Numbered from the stretch's first letter, positions 1 through 20,086 are shown. The stretch: DNA of 64,000 nucleotides from the human T2T-CHM13v2.0 reference genome, Homo sapiens (GCF_009914755.1 NC_060929.1), one strand, 5' to 3'. Made by a program: numbers and translations. Notes: a model not told the origin generated them from the sequence alone.

Positions 1-2555
<2,555 letters not shown>

Positions 2556-2719
2556 AGGCCTGCCTTACAAGAGCTCCTGAAGGAAGCACTAATTATGGAA
2601 AGGAAAAACTGGTACCAGCCACTGCAAAAACATAGCAAATTGTAGAGACCATTGACACTATGAAGAAACTGCATCAACTAACGGAAAAAATAACCAGCTA
2701 GCATCATAATGACAGGATC
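2556..2719 (+). mobile_element. Inverted 5' segment of the same L1 (ORF1 end, spacer, ORF2 ATG)
   Basis: aggcctgccttacaagagctcctgaagg...catcataATGacaggatc, in opposite orientation and directly abutting the minus-strand ORF2 start. Confidence 0.9.
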
Positions 2720-4066
2720 GAGTTTTCTCTCTTTCTCTCTTACAGTTATTAAATCTCCACTTAAAAACAAGCACAATTCAGAGTCATATTCAGATAATAT
2801 TGGCATATATATAAAGCAATTAATTTGGTTTTCATTCATTTCAACATAACAGGCTATTGTTGAGTGCCTTCAGTGTACCAAGACACATGCTAAGCATTAT
2901 GGATATAAGGATAAATTGTCTCTGACTCCAGGGATCAAAATGTTGTAATAATTTGATGAATCATGGTAATGAACATTATAAGACATTTTTATTTTTTTAA
3001 TAACTTATACTTTTTAAATTTTTTGAATTTGTAAAAAAAGCTATGAGATATTCAGTCCCCTATACTAGGACCTAAAGTTTGACTGAAATTGAAAAGACTC
3101 TACTATTGTTCAAAATAAATAACAGGAAAAACACTTGATCTTTTATTATAAGACTTAAGAGTTGCTTAAAAGTTTAGTGATCATTAAAATTCAAATCCTT
3201 GGAGCTATAAAATAAAATTATTGCTTTTTCACTATGTAAATTGGTACGTATATTATTTAAACTACTGCTAATTTGTGTGCCACATTGAAATAATTGCTCT
3301 AGAGTCCATAATATCATTTGTTGAGGAATTAAGATACCATTGCTTGATTAGATTTCAATTTAATCTTAAAATTAAACTAAAAGTTTCTTCATTTGATTAG
3401 ACACATGCCTAGATTATAACTAGTTAATGTAAATAATATTTTTATATATTTACTAATAGATTAGAATTTGAAATTATCACAACATTAAGCAGGCTATTTT
3501 AGGATATATATTTTTTCACATACTTCTAATCAATATATCTGTATTAAACACAAAACAGTAAATATAGTTAAAATATAAGAAGGAAAAACAGTGAAAAGAT
3601 GAATTTTAAAATATTTTAAATAAATGACATTTATTTATTCATTACAAATTATATAAGCAGAGTGTGTTATTTCAAGGTAATTTTATGATGTATACTGAAA
3701 ACTATCTGTTTATTGAAAATGCAGCTAAATAAAAGATAATCAGTTCAAAATGAGAATGAATTTTTTGGTGATGGGTTAATGCTACAAACAAATTAAATAA
3801 CCAACTGTATTATATTAAGATAATTGGATCTTTCTACTTTACATACTAAAAAAACTTACAATTAAAGATTAATACGCAATTTGTCAAATCTTACTCATTT
3901 ATCTATGTGATATTCTCTGTGTATGTAAAATTTGTGATATTTTTGATTAGCTAATAAATACATGGTTTTAAAACTTATTGATTATACACAGGCATTTTCC
4001 TTTCAATATATGCTAAACATAATTTGATAAATATAGAGCTTTTACTTGTGTTAAAAATTGTTTGAA

Positions 4067-7000
4067 GGAAAAATGGCAGATAGGTGACAGAATCATGTGC
4101 AGCTCCCACTTAGACTGAACAGCATGGGAAGACACACGTTGACCTTTTGCTCTGAGAAGTACCACAGAAACATACCAGGAAAAAAAAAGAATTTACAGAC
4201 CCTTTGAAAGAAGCAGTTTGCCACTGCAAACTCCATGAGAAAGCTGGAAAACTATGAATTCCCAAAGAGTGACAGGGGAAAATCTGCCCTTAACGCACAT
4301 CCCTACTGGGGAAGCCAAAAATCCAGACGACTGGAGAAGGATTTAACCTTATCTACAGCTGAAACAGATGTAGGAAGCTGAGCAAAATATAAAAGTAGAA
4401 GCAGCAGCTGGAAGAGCCCTGTAGGCACTCCTGGTCCCAGTTCCAGCCCAGGGAAGCCATCTCTGGCTTTATCTCACAGGGATCCTTGGGGAAGGCAGCC
4501 AGCAGATTCAGGGATGCACAAAGGGTATAGAAAGCTTCTAGCTGAACTATGAAATGATTTCAACTGAGCATGAATTTTCCTGAGCAGAATTCAGGGGGGC
4601 AAAAGGGAAGTGCAAATAAAAATGCAGAAGCCACAGCTGATGGTGCAGGCAGGTGGGGAGGGGTGAGGCCTGAGGGCCCTGCTTGCTTTCTCAGCAGGGA
4701 GGCTTGAAGCCTAGGGCAAGATCTCAGCACTGTGCACCAGCTGCCTGGATATATAATCAGCACTGTTGGCAGGGCACGGTGAAAGTGAGACTTGCCGTGC
4801 TGGCTGCATAGGAGATGGGTGAGGCCTGTTACTGCCAGCTTTCCCCCACTTTCCTAGAGACCCGAATGATGCAGCAGAGGCAGCCATAATCCCCTTGGAA
4901 CATAACTCTATTGGCCTGAAAACCAACCCCCTACATCACCTTCAGTGGCCACAGCAAGCCCCACCCAAGGAGAGGCTGAGCTCAGACAAGCCTAACCCTG
5001 CCCCCACCTAATGGTTTTTCTCCTCCTGCCCTGGTAGCTGAAGACAAAACACATAAAGTCTTGAGAGCTTATGGCCCAGCACATTGCCTGAGACATCTGA
5101 ATACTCATCTTGGCTAATATATGGCAAGATTATATCCTTTTTCTACTACGGCAGCTGATGCTCTCTTGAAAGCACCACCTTCTGGCTGGAGGCCAACTAA
5201 CTCAAGCCATTACAGCAACCCGTAACAGAACAACCGTGCTACAAAGAAGGAAAAAACAACATCTAATTCCACCACCTATAACATCCTGGCTAACTAGAGG
5301 TCCTGACTCTGTCCACATGACAACTTCACTGCTAGCATAACCAGCATTCAAGAAAACCAGTGCGCTAAGCAAAACTACAACCAAGGACTCCCACAGAGCC
5401 CACTTTGCCCCTGCCACTTCCACTGGAGCATGTGCTGGTATTCATGACTTGGAGACCTGAAGATAGATCACATCATGGGACTCTTTGCAGGTATTCCCCA
5501 GCACCAGCCCAGAGCCCAGTAGCCTTGCTGGGTAGAAATGCTAAAAGGAGTTCTAAATTGTGAAAAAACAAAGAAACCTCAAAATAAAAGAAAATAGAAC
5601 CTCCTTGAAGCACAAATCTCACAGGACATATAAAACAATAACACAATGAAAAAAAAAGGTATTCAGGCCAAAACTAGCATGATGAATAGAACAGCACCTC
5701 ACATATCAATACTAATGCTGAATATAAATGGCTTAAATGCTCCACTTAAAAGATATAAAATAACAGAATGGATAAAAATCCACCAACCAAGTATTCACTG
5801 TCTTCAAGAGACTTAACTCATATATATGGACTCACATGAACTTAAGATAAAGGGGTGGAAAAATATATTCCATTCAAATGGAAACCAAAAGTGAGCAAGA
5901 GTAGCTATTCTTATATCAGAAAAAAAAATGACTTTAAGCAACAACGGTTAAAAAAGCAGGAAATTATATAATGATAAAAGGATTAATCCAATAGGAAAAT
6001 ATCACAATCCTAAATATATATGTACCTAACACAGGAGATCCCAAATTTATAAAACAATTACTACCATACCTAAGAAATGAGATAGATGAGAACACAATAA
6101 TAATGGGGAACTTTAATACTCCACTGATAGCACTAGACAGGTCATCAAGAAAGAAAGTCAACAAAGAAACGATGGACTTAAAACTATACCCTAGAATAAA
6201 TGGACTTAATAAAATTTACAAAACATTCTTCCCAACAACTGTAGAATATACGTTCTATTCATCAGCACATGAAACATTCTTCAAGAGAGACAATATGATA
6301 GGCCACAAAACAAATCTCAGTAAATTTAAGAAAATCAAAATTATATCAAGTATGTACTCTCTCAGACCACAGTAGGATATATTTGGAAACTAACTCCTAA
6401 AGGAACCCTCAAAACTCTACAAACACATAGAAATTAAATCATCTGCTACTGAATGATCCTTGGGTCAACAATGAAATCAAGATGAAAATTTAAAAATTAT
6501 TTGTACTGAACAATAATAGTGACACAACCTAACAGAACCTCAGAAGTGTTGCTAAGAGGAAAGTTCATAGTATTATATGCCTACATCAAAAAGTCTGAAA
6601 GAGCACGAATAGAAAAATCTAAGCTGACACCTCAAGGAGCTAGAGAAACAAGAACAAACCAAACCCAAACCTAGCAGAAAAAAAAAAAAAAGTAACAAAG
6701 ATGAAAGCAGAACCAAATGAAATTGAAACAAAAAATAAATAAATAAATAAAACAAAAAGCTGGTTCTTTGAAAAGATAAACAAAATCAATAGACCATCAT
6801 CAAGATTAACCAAGAAAGAGAAGATCCAAATAAGCTAAATTAGAAATGAAATAGGAGATATTACAACCAATACCACAGAAATACAAAAGATAATTCAAGG
6901 CTACTATGAACACCTTTACGCATACAAACTAGAAAAGTTAGAGGAGAAAGATAAATTCCTGGAAACATAGAACCCTCCTAGATTAAATCAGGAAGAAATA

Positions 7001-9729
7001 GAAACTCTGAACAGACTAATAACAAGTAGCAAGATTGAAACAGTAATAAAAAAATTGCCAAGAAAAAAAATCCCAGGACTAGATGGATTCACAGCTGAAT
7101 TCTATCAGACATTCAAAGAAGCAGTGGTATGATCCCTACTGAAACTATTTTAAAATATAAAGAAAAACGGAATCCTCCTTAAATCATTCTATGAAGCCAG
7201 TATAACCCTAATACCAAAACAAGGAAAGTACATATCAAAAAAATAAATTAAAAAAAACTACAGACCAATATCCATGATGAACACAGATGCAAAAATCTTT
7301 AACAAAGTACTAGCTAACTGAATCCAACAGCATATCAAAAAGATAATACATCCTGATCAAGAGAGTTTCATACCAGGGATATAGGGTTAGTTTAACATAT
7401 AAAAGTCATTAAATGTAATATACCACATAAACAGAAGTAAAAACAAAAATTATATGATCATCTCCATAGATGCAGGAAAAGCATTTACCAAAATCCAGCA
7501 TCCCTTTATGATTAAACCCTCAGCAAAACTGGCATAGAAGGGACATACCTTAAGATCATAAAAGCCATCTAGGACATAGCTACTGCCAACATTATACTGA
7601 ATGGGGAAAAGTTGAAAGCATTTCCCCTAAGAAATGGAACAAGACAAGGATGCCCACTTTCACCACTTCTATTCAACATAGTACTGGAAGGTCTAGCCAG
7701 AGCATCAGATAAGAGAAAATAACAAAAGGCATTCAAATCAGGAAAGAGGAAGTCAAACTGTCACTGTTAGCCAATGAAATGATCGTATACCTAGAAAACC
7801 CTAAAGACTAATTCAAATAGGTTCTAGATCTGATAAATTAATTCAGTAATGTTTCAGAATACAAAATCATTGTACGCAAATCAGTAGCACTGCTGTACAC
7901 TAACAGTGACCAGGCTGAGAATCAAATAAAAAAATCAACTCATTTTGCAGTAACTGTGAAAAATAAATAAATAAATAAATAAATAAAATACTTACGAATA
8001 CACCTAAACAAGGAGGTGAAAGATCTCTACAAGAAAAACTACAAAACTTTGCTAAAATCATCAATGACACAAACAAATGGAAATGCATCCCATGCTCATG
8101 GATGGGTAGAATCAATATTATGAAAATGACCATACTGCCAAAAGCAATCTACAAATTCAACGCAATTCCCATCAAAATGCCATTATTATTCTTCACAGAA
8201 CTAGAAAAAAAAACAATTCTAAAATTAATGTGGAACCAAAAAAGGGTCTACATAGCCAAAGTAAGACTAAGGGAAAAGAATAAATCTGGAGGCATCACAT
8301 TACCTGACTTTAAACTATACTACAAGGCTGTATTTACCAAAACAGCAGAGTACTGGTACATAAATAAGCAGATAGACCAATGGAACGAAATAGAGAACCC
8401 AGAAATAAAGCCAAATACTTATAGCCAACTCAGCTTCAACACAGCAAACAAAAAAATAAAGTGGGGAAAGAGATACTTTTCAACAAATTGTGCTGGGATA
8501 TTTGGCTAGCCACATGTAGGAGAATGAAACTGGATCCTAATATTTTACCTTATACAAAAATCAACTCAAGATGGATCAAAGACTTAAATCTAAGACCTAA
8601 AACCATAAAAGTTCTAGAAGATAACATTGGAAAAGCTCTTCTAGTCATTAGCTTAGGCAAAGAGCTCATGACCAATAACACAAAAGCAATTGCAACAGAA
8701 ACAAAGGTAAATAGATGGGAATTAATTAAACTAAAAAGCTTCTGCACAGCAACATAAATAATTAGCAGAGTAAACAGACAACCCACAGAGTGGGAGAAAA
8801 TATTTGCACACCGAACATTTGATAAAGGACTAATATCCAGAATCTACAAGGAACTCAAAACAAATCAGAAAGAAAAAAACAATCTCATCAAAATGTGGGC
8901 TAAGGACATGAATAGACAATTTTTGAAAGAAGATATATAAATGGCCACTAAACGTATGAAAAGAATGCTGAACATCACTAATTATCAGGGAAATGCAAAT
9001 CAAAACCACCATGCAATACCACTTTACTCCTGTAAGAATGACCATAATTTAAAAATCAAAAAAGAATAGATGTTGGTGTGGATGTAGTGAAAAGGGAACA
9101 CTTTTACACTGCTGTAAACTAGTACAACCACTAAGAAAAACAGTATGGAGACTCCTTAAGGAACTAAAAGTAGAACTACCATTTGATCCATCAGGTCCAC
9201 TACTGGGTATCTACCAAGAGGAAGAAAAGCCATTATATGAAAAAGATACTTTCACATGCATGTTTATAGTATCAGAATTTACAATTGCCAAAATATGGTA
9301 CCAGCCTAAATGCCCATCAATCAATGAGTGGATAAAAAGATGTAAGAGGTATATACATTTATACACACACCATGGAATATGGCTTAGCCATACAAAGTAA
9401 TTAAATAATGGTACTCGCAGCAACCTGGATGGAGTTGGAGACCATTATTCTAAGTGAAGTAACTCAGGAATGGAAAACCAAACATTATATGCTCTCACTT
9501 ATAAGTGGGAGCTAATCTATGAGAATGCAAGGTGTACGGATGATATAAAGGACTCTGAGGACTCAGGGGGCAAGGGTGGGAGGGGATAGGAGATAAAAGA
9601 CTACACATTGAGTATAGTGTACACTGCTCAGGTGATGGGTGCACCCAAATCTCAGAAATCACCACTAAAAAACTAATACATGTAACCAAACACCACTTGT
9701 TCCGCAAAACCTATTGACATAATAATAAT
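4067..9729 (+). mobile_element. L1PB-family element, 5'UTR to 3' tail, with ORF1 largely missing and ORF2 decayed
   Basis: GC-richer 5'UTR to ~5533; ORF2 start at 5679 (atgatgaatagaacagcacctcac); ORF2 peptides at 8102-8757; L1PB-type 3'UTR (gggtgcacccaaatctcagaaatcaccactaaa); TT/AAAA site at 4051 and degenerate TSD aaattgtttgaa / aaactgtttaaa. Confidence 0.9.
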
Positions 9730-9871
9730 CAAACTGTTTAAAATTTTTTTTCTATCTCTCTGGTGCCTGATGTATATCTAGGAATAGAGGAAGATTCAGG
9801 AATCTTTCTCTATTTGGGATGGAATGTATTTGAATGTGATAGATCTGATGTCCCAATTTTTAAAAAAATAA

Positions 9872-9998
9872 TTAGCTTACTGAGTCCCAGTCACTGCTCT
9901 AAACACTTTACCATGTTAGCTCATTTAATAGTCACAGAAACTTCATGAGGTGCATACTATTATCTTCATTTTACAGGTGGAAAAACTGACTTTCAGAT
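9872..9998 (-). mobile_element. MIR SINE fragment
   Basis: MIR core-like ttatcttcattttacaggtggaaaaactga. Confidence 0.7.
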
Positions 9999-11306
9999 AT
10001 AGATAAAGTTTCTTTTGATCATATGCTCCAGTCGTGTTTCTTATACTCTTTCCTTGGAAGCAATCACTAGCATGAGTTTGGTGTATATTGATTGATTTCA
10101 TTTTAATTTTTTACATTCAAATGTCTACATATATCACAGTATGTTATGTGTTTTAAATATACTATGTGTGCAGTTCTGAAAATTAATTTTCTAAAGATAT
10201 AGACATTGAAATATGTTTATTCCTTTAAGTTGTTATATTTGAGTTCAATTTTAATTTTACAAGTACAGATATGAAAGCTGAGGCATTCTGATTTAATAAA
10301 GCTAAGCTAGTGAATGAGCATTTAGTTCCCCTTACTGTCAACCCAATACCTCTTCTACCACACAACAACCACTTTCAGTTACATCCTGTGTGATCTTGCA
10401 TGATTCAGCACTTTGAATTTCAGCATACTCACAAGTAGACCTGCGAGAAGATGATACTTCTGAACTAGATTACCTGTATTTTCAAAAGCCTAAAAGTCAC
10501 AACTCTGTTGTCTACCTGTTTCATCAGGGCTATTTTCTAACATTTCTCTTATGCATACATCAGCTCCTTTGTGTTACATTTTGTGTGTTTTCTTGAACTC
10601 TCTCATAGTTCTGGGCACATAAATAGGGAGGAATAAAGATTCGTGAAACTGGTCTGATTACTTCCATGCACTGATCTGTCCACAGTATCCTCTAAAAAGC
10701 GTTCCCAGGGGAGGGCCTTTTCTGTGCAGTCGGCTTAATCTCTTGATTTTTCCTCAGAGACTTAGTGGCACCAAACAAAGGTGACTAAAATATTGCAAAT
10801 TATCGTTTTTATTTTACCATAGTTATTAAAACGGTTCTTTATACAAACTTTTGTGTGTGCATGCAGTTTCTTTAGCTTTGTAAAATGTTTACAAGAATTT
10901 AATAAATGTAATAAATGAGAGTTTTCTGTAGTCTTTTCATTATAAATGATTAAAGACTCGCACATTCATTTTAACTTCAAAAGCAAACTTTCCAAATTAT
11001 TTTGTGTCATGTGAAAAAATTTCTGAGTTCAACAAGCACTAGGATTTTTATTTATTCTTTGAGTATATTTTTAGTCTCCAGTTTCTTTACAGCCTCTAGT
11101 CTCTGATAAATAGCCAGAGGATTAATGTTTTAGTGAAAGTTAGCTTGTCACCTTCAAAAGGAAACCTCTTCAAATCAAAGACTCTATGTGCCTTGACTAC
11201 AAAGTAAATTTTAAATAAACATTTTAAAAAAAGAGAAATTGTTGTCTCTTCAACTATTTGCCTGTTTGTACCAATTTGTACTCATGTCATACATTCACAC
11301 ACACCT

Positions 11307-12060
11307 AATATATATATATGATATACTACATATAAATATATATAATCTATATACAAAATATATATAATATATATAAAATATATAGTCACATTTGTTTGTG
11401 TGGTATCACTAAATTAGTCCTGGGGGAATATATATTTAATACATATATAAATACATATATAAATATTATATATCATATATATTTATATATATATAAACAT
11501 TATGTATCTTATATATATTTATATATACCTTATATATATTTATATAAATATATATAATATACTATATATTTATATAAATATATAAATATTATATAACTTA
11601 TATATATTTACATAAATATATATAAATATTATATACCTTATATATATTTATATAAATATATATAATATTTTATATATAAATATATATAAATATATAATAT
11701 ATAAGATAAATATCTATATATTATATAATAATATATTATAAATAAGACATTTATATAAATATATAAAAATATTATATATTTATATAAATATATATGGTAT
11801 ATAATATTTATATATATTTATATAAATATATAAATATTATATACCATATATATTTATATAAATATATAAATATTATATACCATATATATTTATATAAATA
11901 TATATTTATATATAAATATTTATCTTATATATATTTATATAAATGTCTTATTTATATTATTATATAATATATAAATATTTATCTTATAAATATTTATATT
12001 TTCTTACATATATTTTATATAAATATGTGTACATAAATGTACAAATATATGTATATATAT
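11307..12060. repeat. (TA)-rich low-complexity array with ~37 bp subrepeats and an embedded palindrome
   Basis: Almost pure A/T; repeated tatatatttatataaatatatataaatattatatacc-like units. Confidence 0.95.
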
Positions 12061-13536
12061 ACACATGTGTCTGTGTGTATAACTATACATATATGTTTTA
12101 GAGATCTTTATATATGTAGACATTCTTATAAGGGAAGTCTCTCTAAAGTAACAACAAAAATGCCAACCAAAGTAACAATTGCACATTACTTTCTTTAATT
12201 AACTTAAACATTTTACTACAGTTCATTTACCTTCAGGTGATATGAATCCATAAATATACCATGAATATATCACAGAATCACTTTGCAATGATTTTTACGG
12301 TTATGAGTTCTAATGTCTAAGTTTGGTATCTCTAGCACAATAAGTTGGTATATCCAAAAATTTTATTAGGTCTCCCATATGCTAGAAAAAGAGTAATATA
12401 AATAACAAATGTGACAAAATTGTTTAATGTCAATAAAGCACTAGCATAATGTATATGAATGTTATTATTAATTTATTCAGACTACTAATTTATTATTTTC
12501 CATTTTTTCTTTAATTTGTAGACTCATTACATTCTTACCAAGATCTAATGTGATAAGTAAAATGATACGGTAAACCAATGCTAAAAAAGGGAATTTCTGA
12601 AAGAATAAATCAAAACACTTTCAAAAATGTACAGTTGATTAGGGAAATAATGTGGTGATTTTATAAACTTATAATTGTTTACTATCTATTATGTAATTCT
12701 GAGACCCTCCTTGGTTTCCTTTCTCTAAGTTTTGGGATAGTTAATGGTAATTCTGTTTACTTTATCTGAGAAATCTCGTTGGTCTAGAAATCATCAGCTT
12801 CCCTACAGCTGCAATAGCTATAGACTGTTGCATTTGTCATCACAAAATTATGCTACATAATTCAACATTTATTTAATAACATATTTGACAACTTGCTTTT
12901 TAAAATACTGACTCATTTTAATTTGACTACTTCATAGTAGCATCCAGGGAAGCACCTTGAATGTTTCCAAATCCATTTTAGGCAAGCTCCTTCTGGGAGG
13001 TTTTCATGCTGTTAGCTAATCTCATCCCTAGTGATTTAATTATTGTTTAACACAAAAAAAATATTATTTTCCTGTGATTTGCCTGTTTCACCTTTTTCTC
13101 TAATTCTCAGTGCCAAACCTTACAATAAACGTAATAGGAGGCATAAAGTCTTTGGTAGAGTGAACTTGAGTACAACATGGGAGTACTTTTGCATGTCTGA
13201 CATTTGAAAAGAATAATGAGAAAACAATTTATAGAACATATAGGTAGTGATCAATCCCATTTTACTATTTTCTTATGTATCTGATTTAAATCCTTCATTC
13301 TGGAGAGTGTTAGATTAAGGCTATTTTTACACAAAATAAAAATATTATTTCCAGATGTATTTATAGTTCCATTACATTTTCAAGAACATGCATTTTTATA
13401 GAAATGAAATGTTATAATTTTAGTTTCATGGCATAATAAAAATATGATGGGTAATGAACTAGCATACACTAAAAAGTGTATTTGACCTAAAACATGAAGA
13501 AGAAAGCTTATAAGAACAATATCAATAATGAGTTCC

Positions 13537-13832
13537 GGGAGGGCGCGGTGGCTCACACCTGTAATCCCAGCACTTTGGGAGGCCGAGGCAGGCGGATCAC
13601 GAGGTCAGGAGATCAAGACCATCCTGGCTAGCTCGGTGAAACTGTGTCTCGACTAAAAATACAAAAAATTAGCTGGGCGTGGTGGCAGGTGCCTGTAGTC
13701 CCAGCTACTCAGCTGCTAGGGAGGCTGAGGCAGGAGAATGGTGTGAACCCGGGAGGCGGAGCTTGCAGTGAGCCAAGATCATGCCACTGCACTCCAGACA
13801 GAGAGAGACTCTGTCTCAAAAAAAAAAAAAAA
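13537..13832 (+). mobile_element. AluY
   Basis: Dimer with gatcacgaggtcaggagatc and ggagcttgcagtg; A tail; TSD atgagttcc (13528-13536 / 13834-13842); small internal duplication and deletion. Confidence 0.93.
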
Positions 13833-15326
13833 TATGAGTTCCACAAAAAATTATAAGAAAATAACAATATATGGTAGGATGATAGGATGACATTTAAAGT
13901 ATTTATAGATGCCAATTCTGTTAATTTCATTTCCAATTTTCATACTATAACTCTGTGCTGTTTTCTTACTTTGGCTTATGAAGATATGAGTCTGGCATTG
14001 TCCGTGCTGGGGGAGGATGGTCCTAGAGTCAGTATTTGAGCAAAATGCCAAATTCAAAATTTATGTTTGAAAAAAATCACTTTCCCAAAAAGAAAACAAA
14101 ATAAACAAAAATGAAACAAAATAAGCATGAAATATGTAGAAGATAAGATCAGGCAGAAGGAGCTACCATCCAAGCCTCTACCACTACCATTATTCTGTAA
14201 AGAAAAGATTACAAAGGAATGCAACAAGAGTATTAGATGCTAACGGCATGAACCTGTACCCTTCTTTGTCCTCTGTTCAAAATCCAAAGTTGAGGGTTAT
14301 AGTATCTATAGTATCTCACAAATAAGTTAAGACCCTAGCAGAAAAGACATGTACCCATTCTTGGTATGGAATTCTTAAAAGTGTTGATACTTTTCAGATC
14401 GTCTTTCCACTATAAATGGTGTGGAAACAGTAGAGCAGAAATAGCTGCATACGGTGTTTGCAACAGGTCGGGCTTAATAATAGCCTCAGGTAAGCAAAGC
14501 ATGCATCTGAACGTTCCTAGAGCCAAAGAAGGCTGTGATACATAGCTATAGCTGCAGGGCAGCCTATGACCTGGAGGGCTTTCATTGGTATAATAAGAAA
14601 CTGGTTTCAGAAGGCTGGGTGAAAAATCGGGAATCTGCTTAGATGCATATATGGGAGTGAATGTATTAATTTCTCTGACATCAGATGAAATATTACTTGC
14701 TACAGTGTTGCTGAAATGTTGCTGAGAATGTGGTGAAAATCAGTCTATAATTAAAGCAAATATATAAATGCTCTATCTTATAGATAGAATTACTCCTGAT
14801 ACAGACGTTATAAGGTACATAATTTAGAAGTACATTCAATATCTAGATATAGTGAGTTTCCATATATCTAATGCATAGAATCATCATTGAAAATAGCAAA
14901 TATTTTAAAGTCAAATACCTATTACTTAATTATCTTTAGATAATAATTATTTGGTAAAATATTGTGGTCAATTTTAAACTTTAAGATAAGTGAAAATTTG
15001 GATTATTTTTTACAGTTTTAGTTATATAGGAACAAAATCTCTATACATAAAGAAAAATCACTTTCACAATCTTAAAAAAAAAACTGAAGTGCCTTTTTTC
15101 CCCAGTAGCATTTCAATGTGCATGTTAGTGATTATTTTTTTCCAAGCATACTAGATTTAACCTTACTTTTAGCTTTGTTTATTCAAATATTTCCGATTTT
15201 TTAATCTGAAAAAAAATCCTGAATTTTAAATTCTAATAGTGGTTAACTCTGAGGGCCATTATTTTAATGTACAGGTAGTGCCAGGCTCATAGATTACATG
15301 CAATAAATTAAGCTTAAATGTGCATT

Positions 15327-15791
15327 TGTGCAGGACCGTTCTCCAGGCAGGCTTCCACAAACCCAGTTCTCCCCCATTTCTCATTTGTAGTTCTCAAGAA
15401 TAACTGTAGACTGGGAATGTGACATCTTAAGATAAGGGGGAGCTGGCCTGAACAGCTCAGGCTTTGTTCCCCTCCCTCTTCCCCAAAAGAGGACGGTCCT
15501 TTATCACTTTAGCCCAGTGTTTCATGTGAGGGAAAAAAATAAAAAAAAACCAGGGTGGATTGAATTCTGGGGTTTCTCAAATGGGACACACATATTAGAA
15601 ACTCCTTTCACTTGGGCAGCTTTCTTGATCCTCAGGGCACCGGCTCACAACGAATCCTAGGCTTCTGTTGTTTCATGTTGCCTGTATGTCAGTAATAAAT
15701 CCACCTCATGTAACTTGCTGTGTGTGGGGTGTTCTGTTGCATCGGACTCAGACAAGTTGGTAACTAGTGCAAAGTGAATCTGCTTCCCACA
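15327..15791 (+). mobile_element. Solo LTR, LTR47-like (ERVL)
   Basis: TG...CA ends, internal aataaa, 3' end gtgcaaagtgaatctgcttcccaca; family assigned from recall. Confidence 0.65.
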
Positions 15792-16569
15792 GGGATGATA
15801 GTCTACTAGATATGAAAGATGTCGCTAGATAAGAGTGACATCTGGAGAGCCTGAATGTCTACATGAACTCTGAGTGGTCAGAGATGGATGTCTAATTCTG
15901 CCAAGTCACTCTTTATCCCTTTAGGTTGTTGAGTATAGGTATGTTTAACAAGTTTACCAGGTTTATCTGGAAACATTAAATTTAACAAGTTAACTTTACA
16001 GTATACACCTAACATGGTCAACTTGATTTATTCCTATCGACAGAAAGCATGAAGCTAGTTGTTCAAAATTGCTGTTTATATATCTCCATAATGAACATCT
16101 GAAAGGAGTGGTAGTAAGGGGGTTATTTTAAAAGGATTTGGGAAGGATTTCATTTTTACTTCACATTATTTTGTTTAATGTTTGACGAACATGTTAATTG
16201 TTTAGCTTAAACAAAGTATATAAGAAAAGAAAACTGTTTTCTGGAGCTATCTATGCTACATTCTTGACTAGGAATATAAAATGATTTTCTACTTCTTTAT
16301 ATATATATTTATATATATATTTATATATAAATGAATTATTTCAATTTAAGTGTGGCATTTATGCTTAAGCCAAAGTTACAAGATTCTTTAACCTTGTAAC
16401 TTGTTATAAGACCTTGTAACTTCTTATATAACTAATTATATAAGAAGCAGATTGTTAGTGGAGAGGGTCCAACTTCTTTTATGGCATTTCCCTAATACTT
16501 TCATACTTTCCTTAGGATTAGTTTGTCATATATACAACTTTTAACTCTCTAAGGACACTCTGTTTACTT

Positions 16570-19790
<3,221 letters not shown>

Positions 19791-19815
19791 TAATGCATAT
19801 TTTTAGGCCGTTAAC

Positions 19816-20086
19816 TTTTTTTTTTTTTTTGAGACAGGATCTCACTCTGTCACCCAGGCTGGAGTTCAGTGGTGCAGTAATGGCTCACTGCAGACTTGAC
19901 ATCCTGACCACAGGTAAGCACCACCAGGCCTGGCTAATTTTTTTTTATTTTTTATTTTTTATTTTTTTGTAACAATGGGTTTCCCTATGTTGCCAAATCT
20001 GGTCAGAAACTCCTGGGCTCAAGTGATCATCCTGTCTTGGCCTTCCAAAGTGCTGGGATTATAGGCATGAGCCACTGTGCCTGGCC
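19816..20086 (-). mobile_element. AluJ with an internal deletion in the right monomer
   Basis: ctcctgggctcaagtgatc J-type motif; right arm jumps catcctg>accacagg. Confidence 0.85.

Noticed and set aside
2721-2760. Pyrimidine tract plus cag resembling a splice acceptor
   Set aside because: It coincides with the L1 target site, has no donor partner, and is followed by AT-rich sequence with stops.
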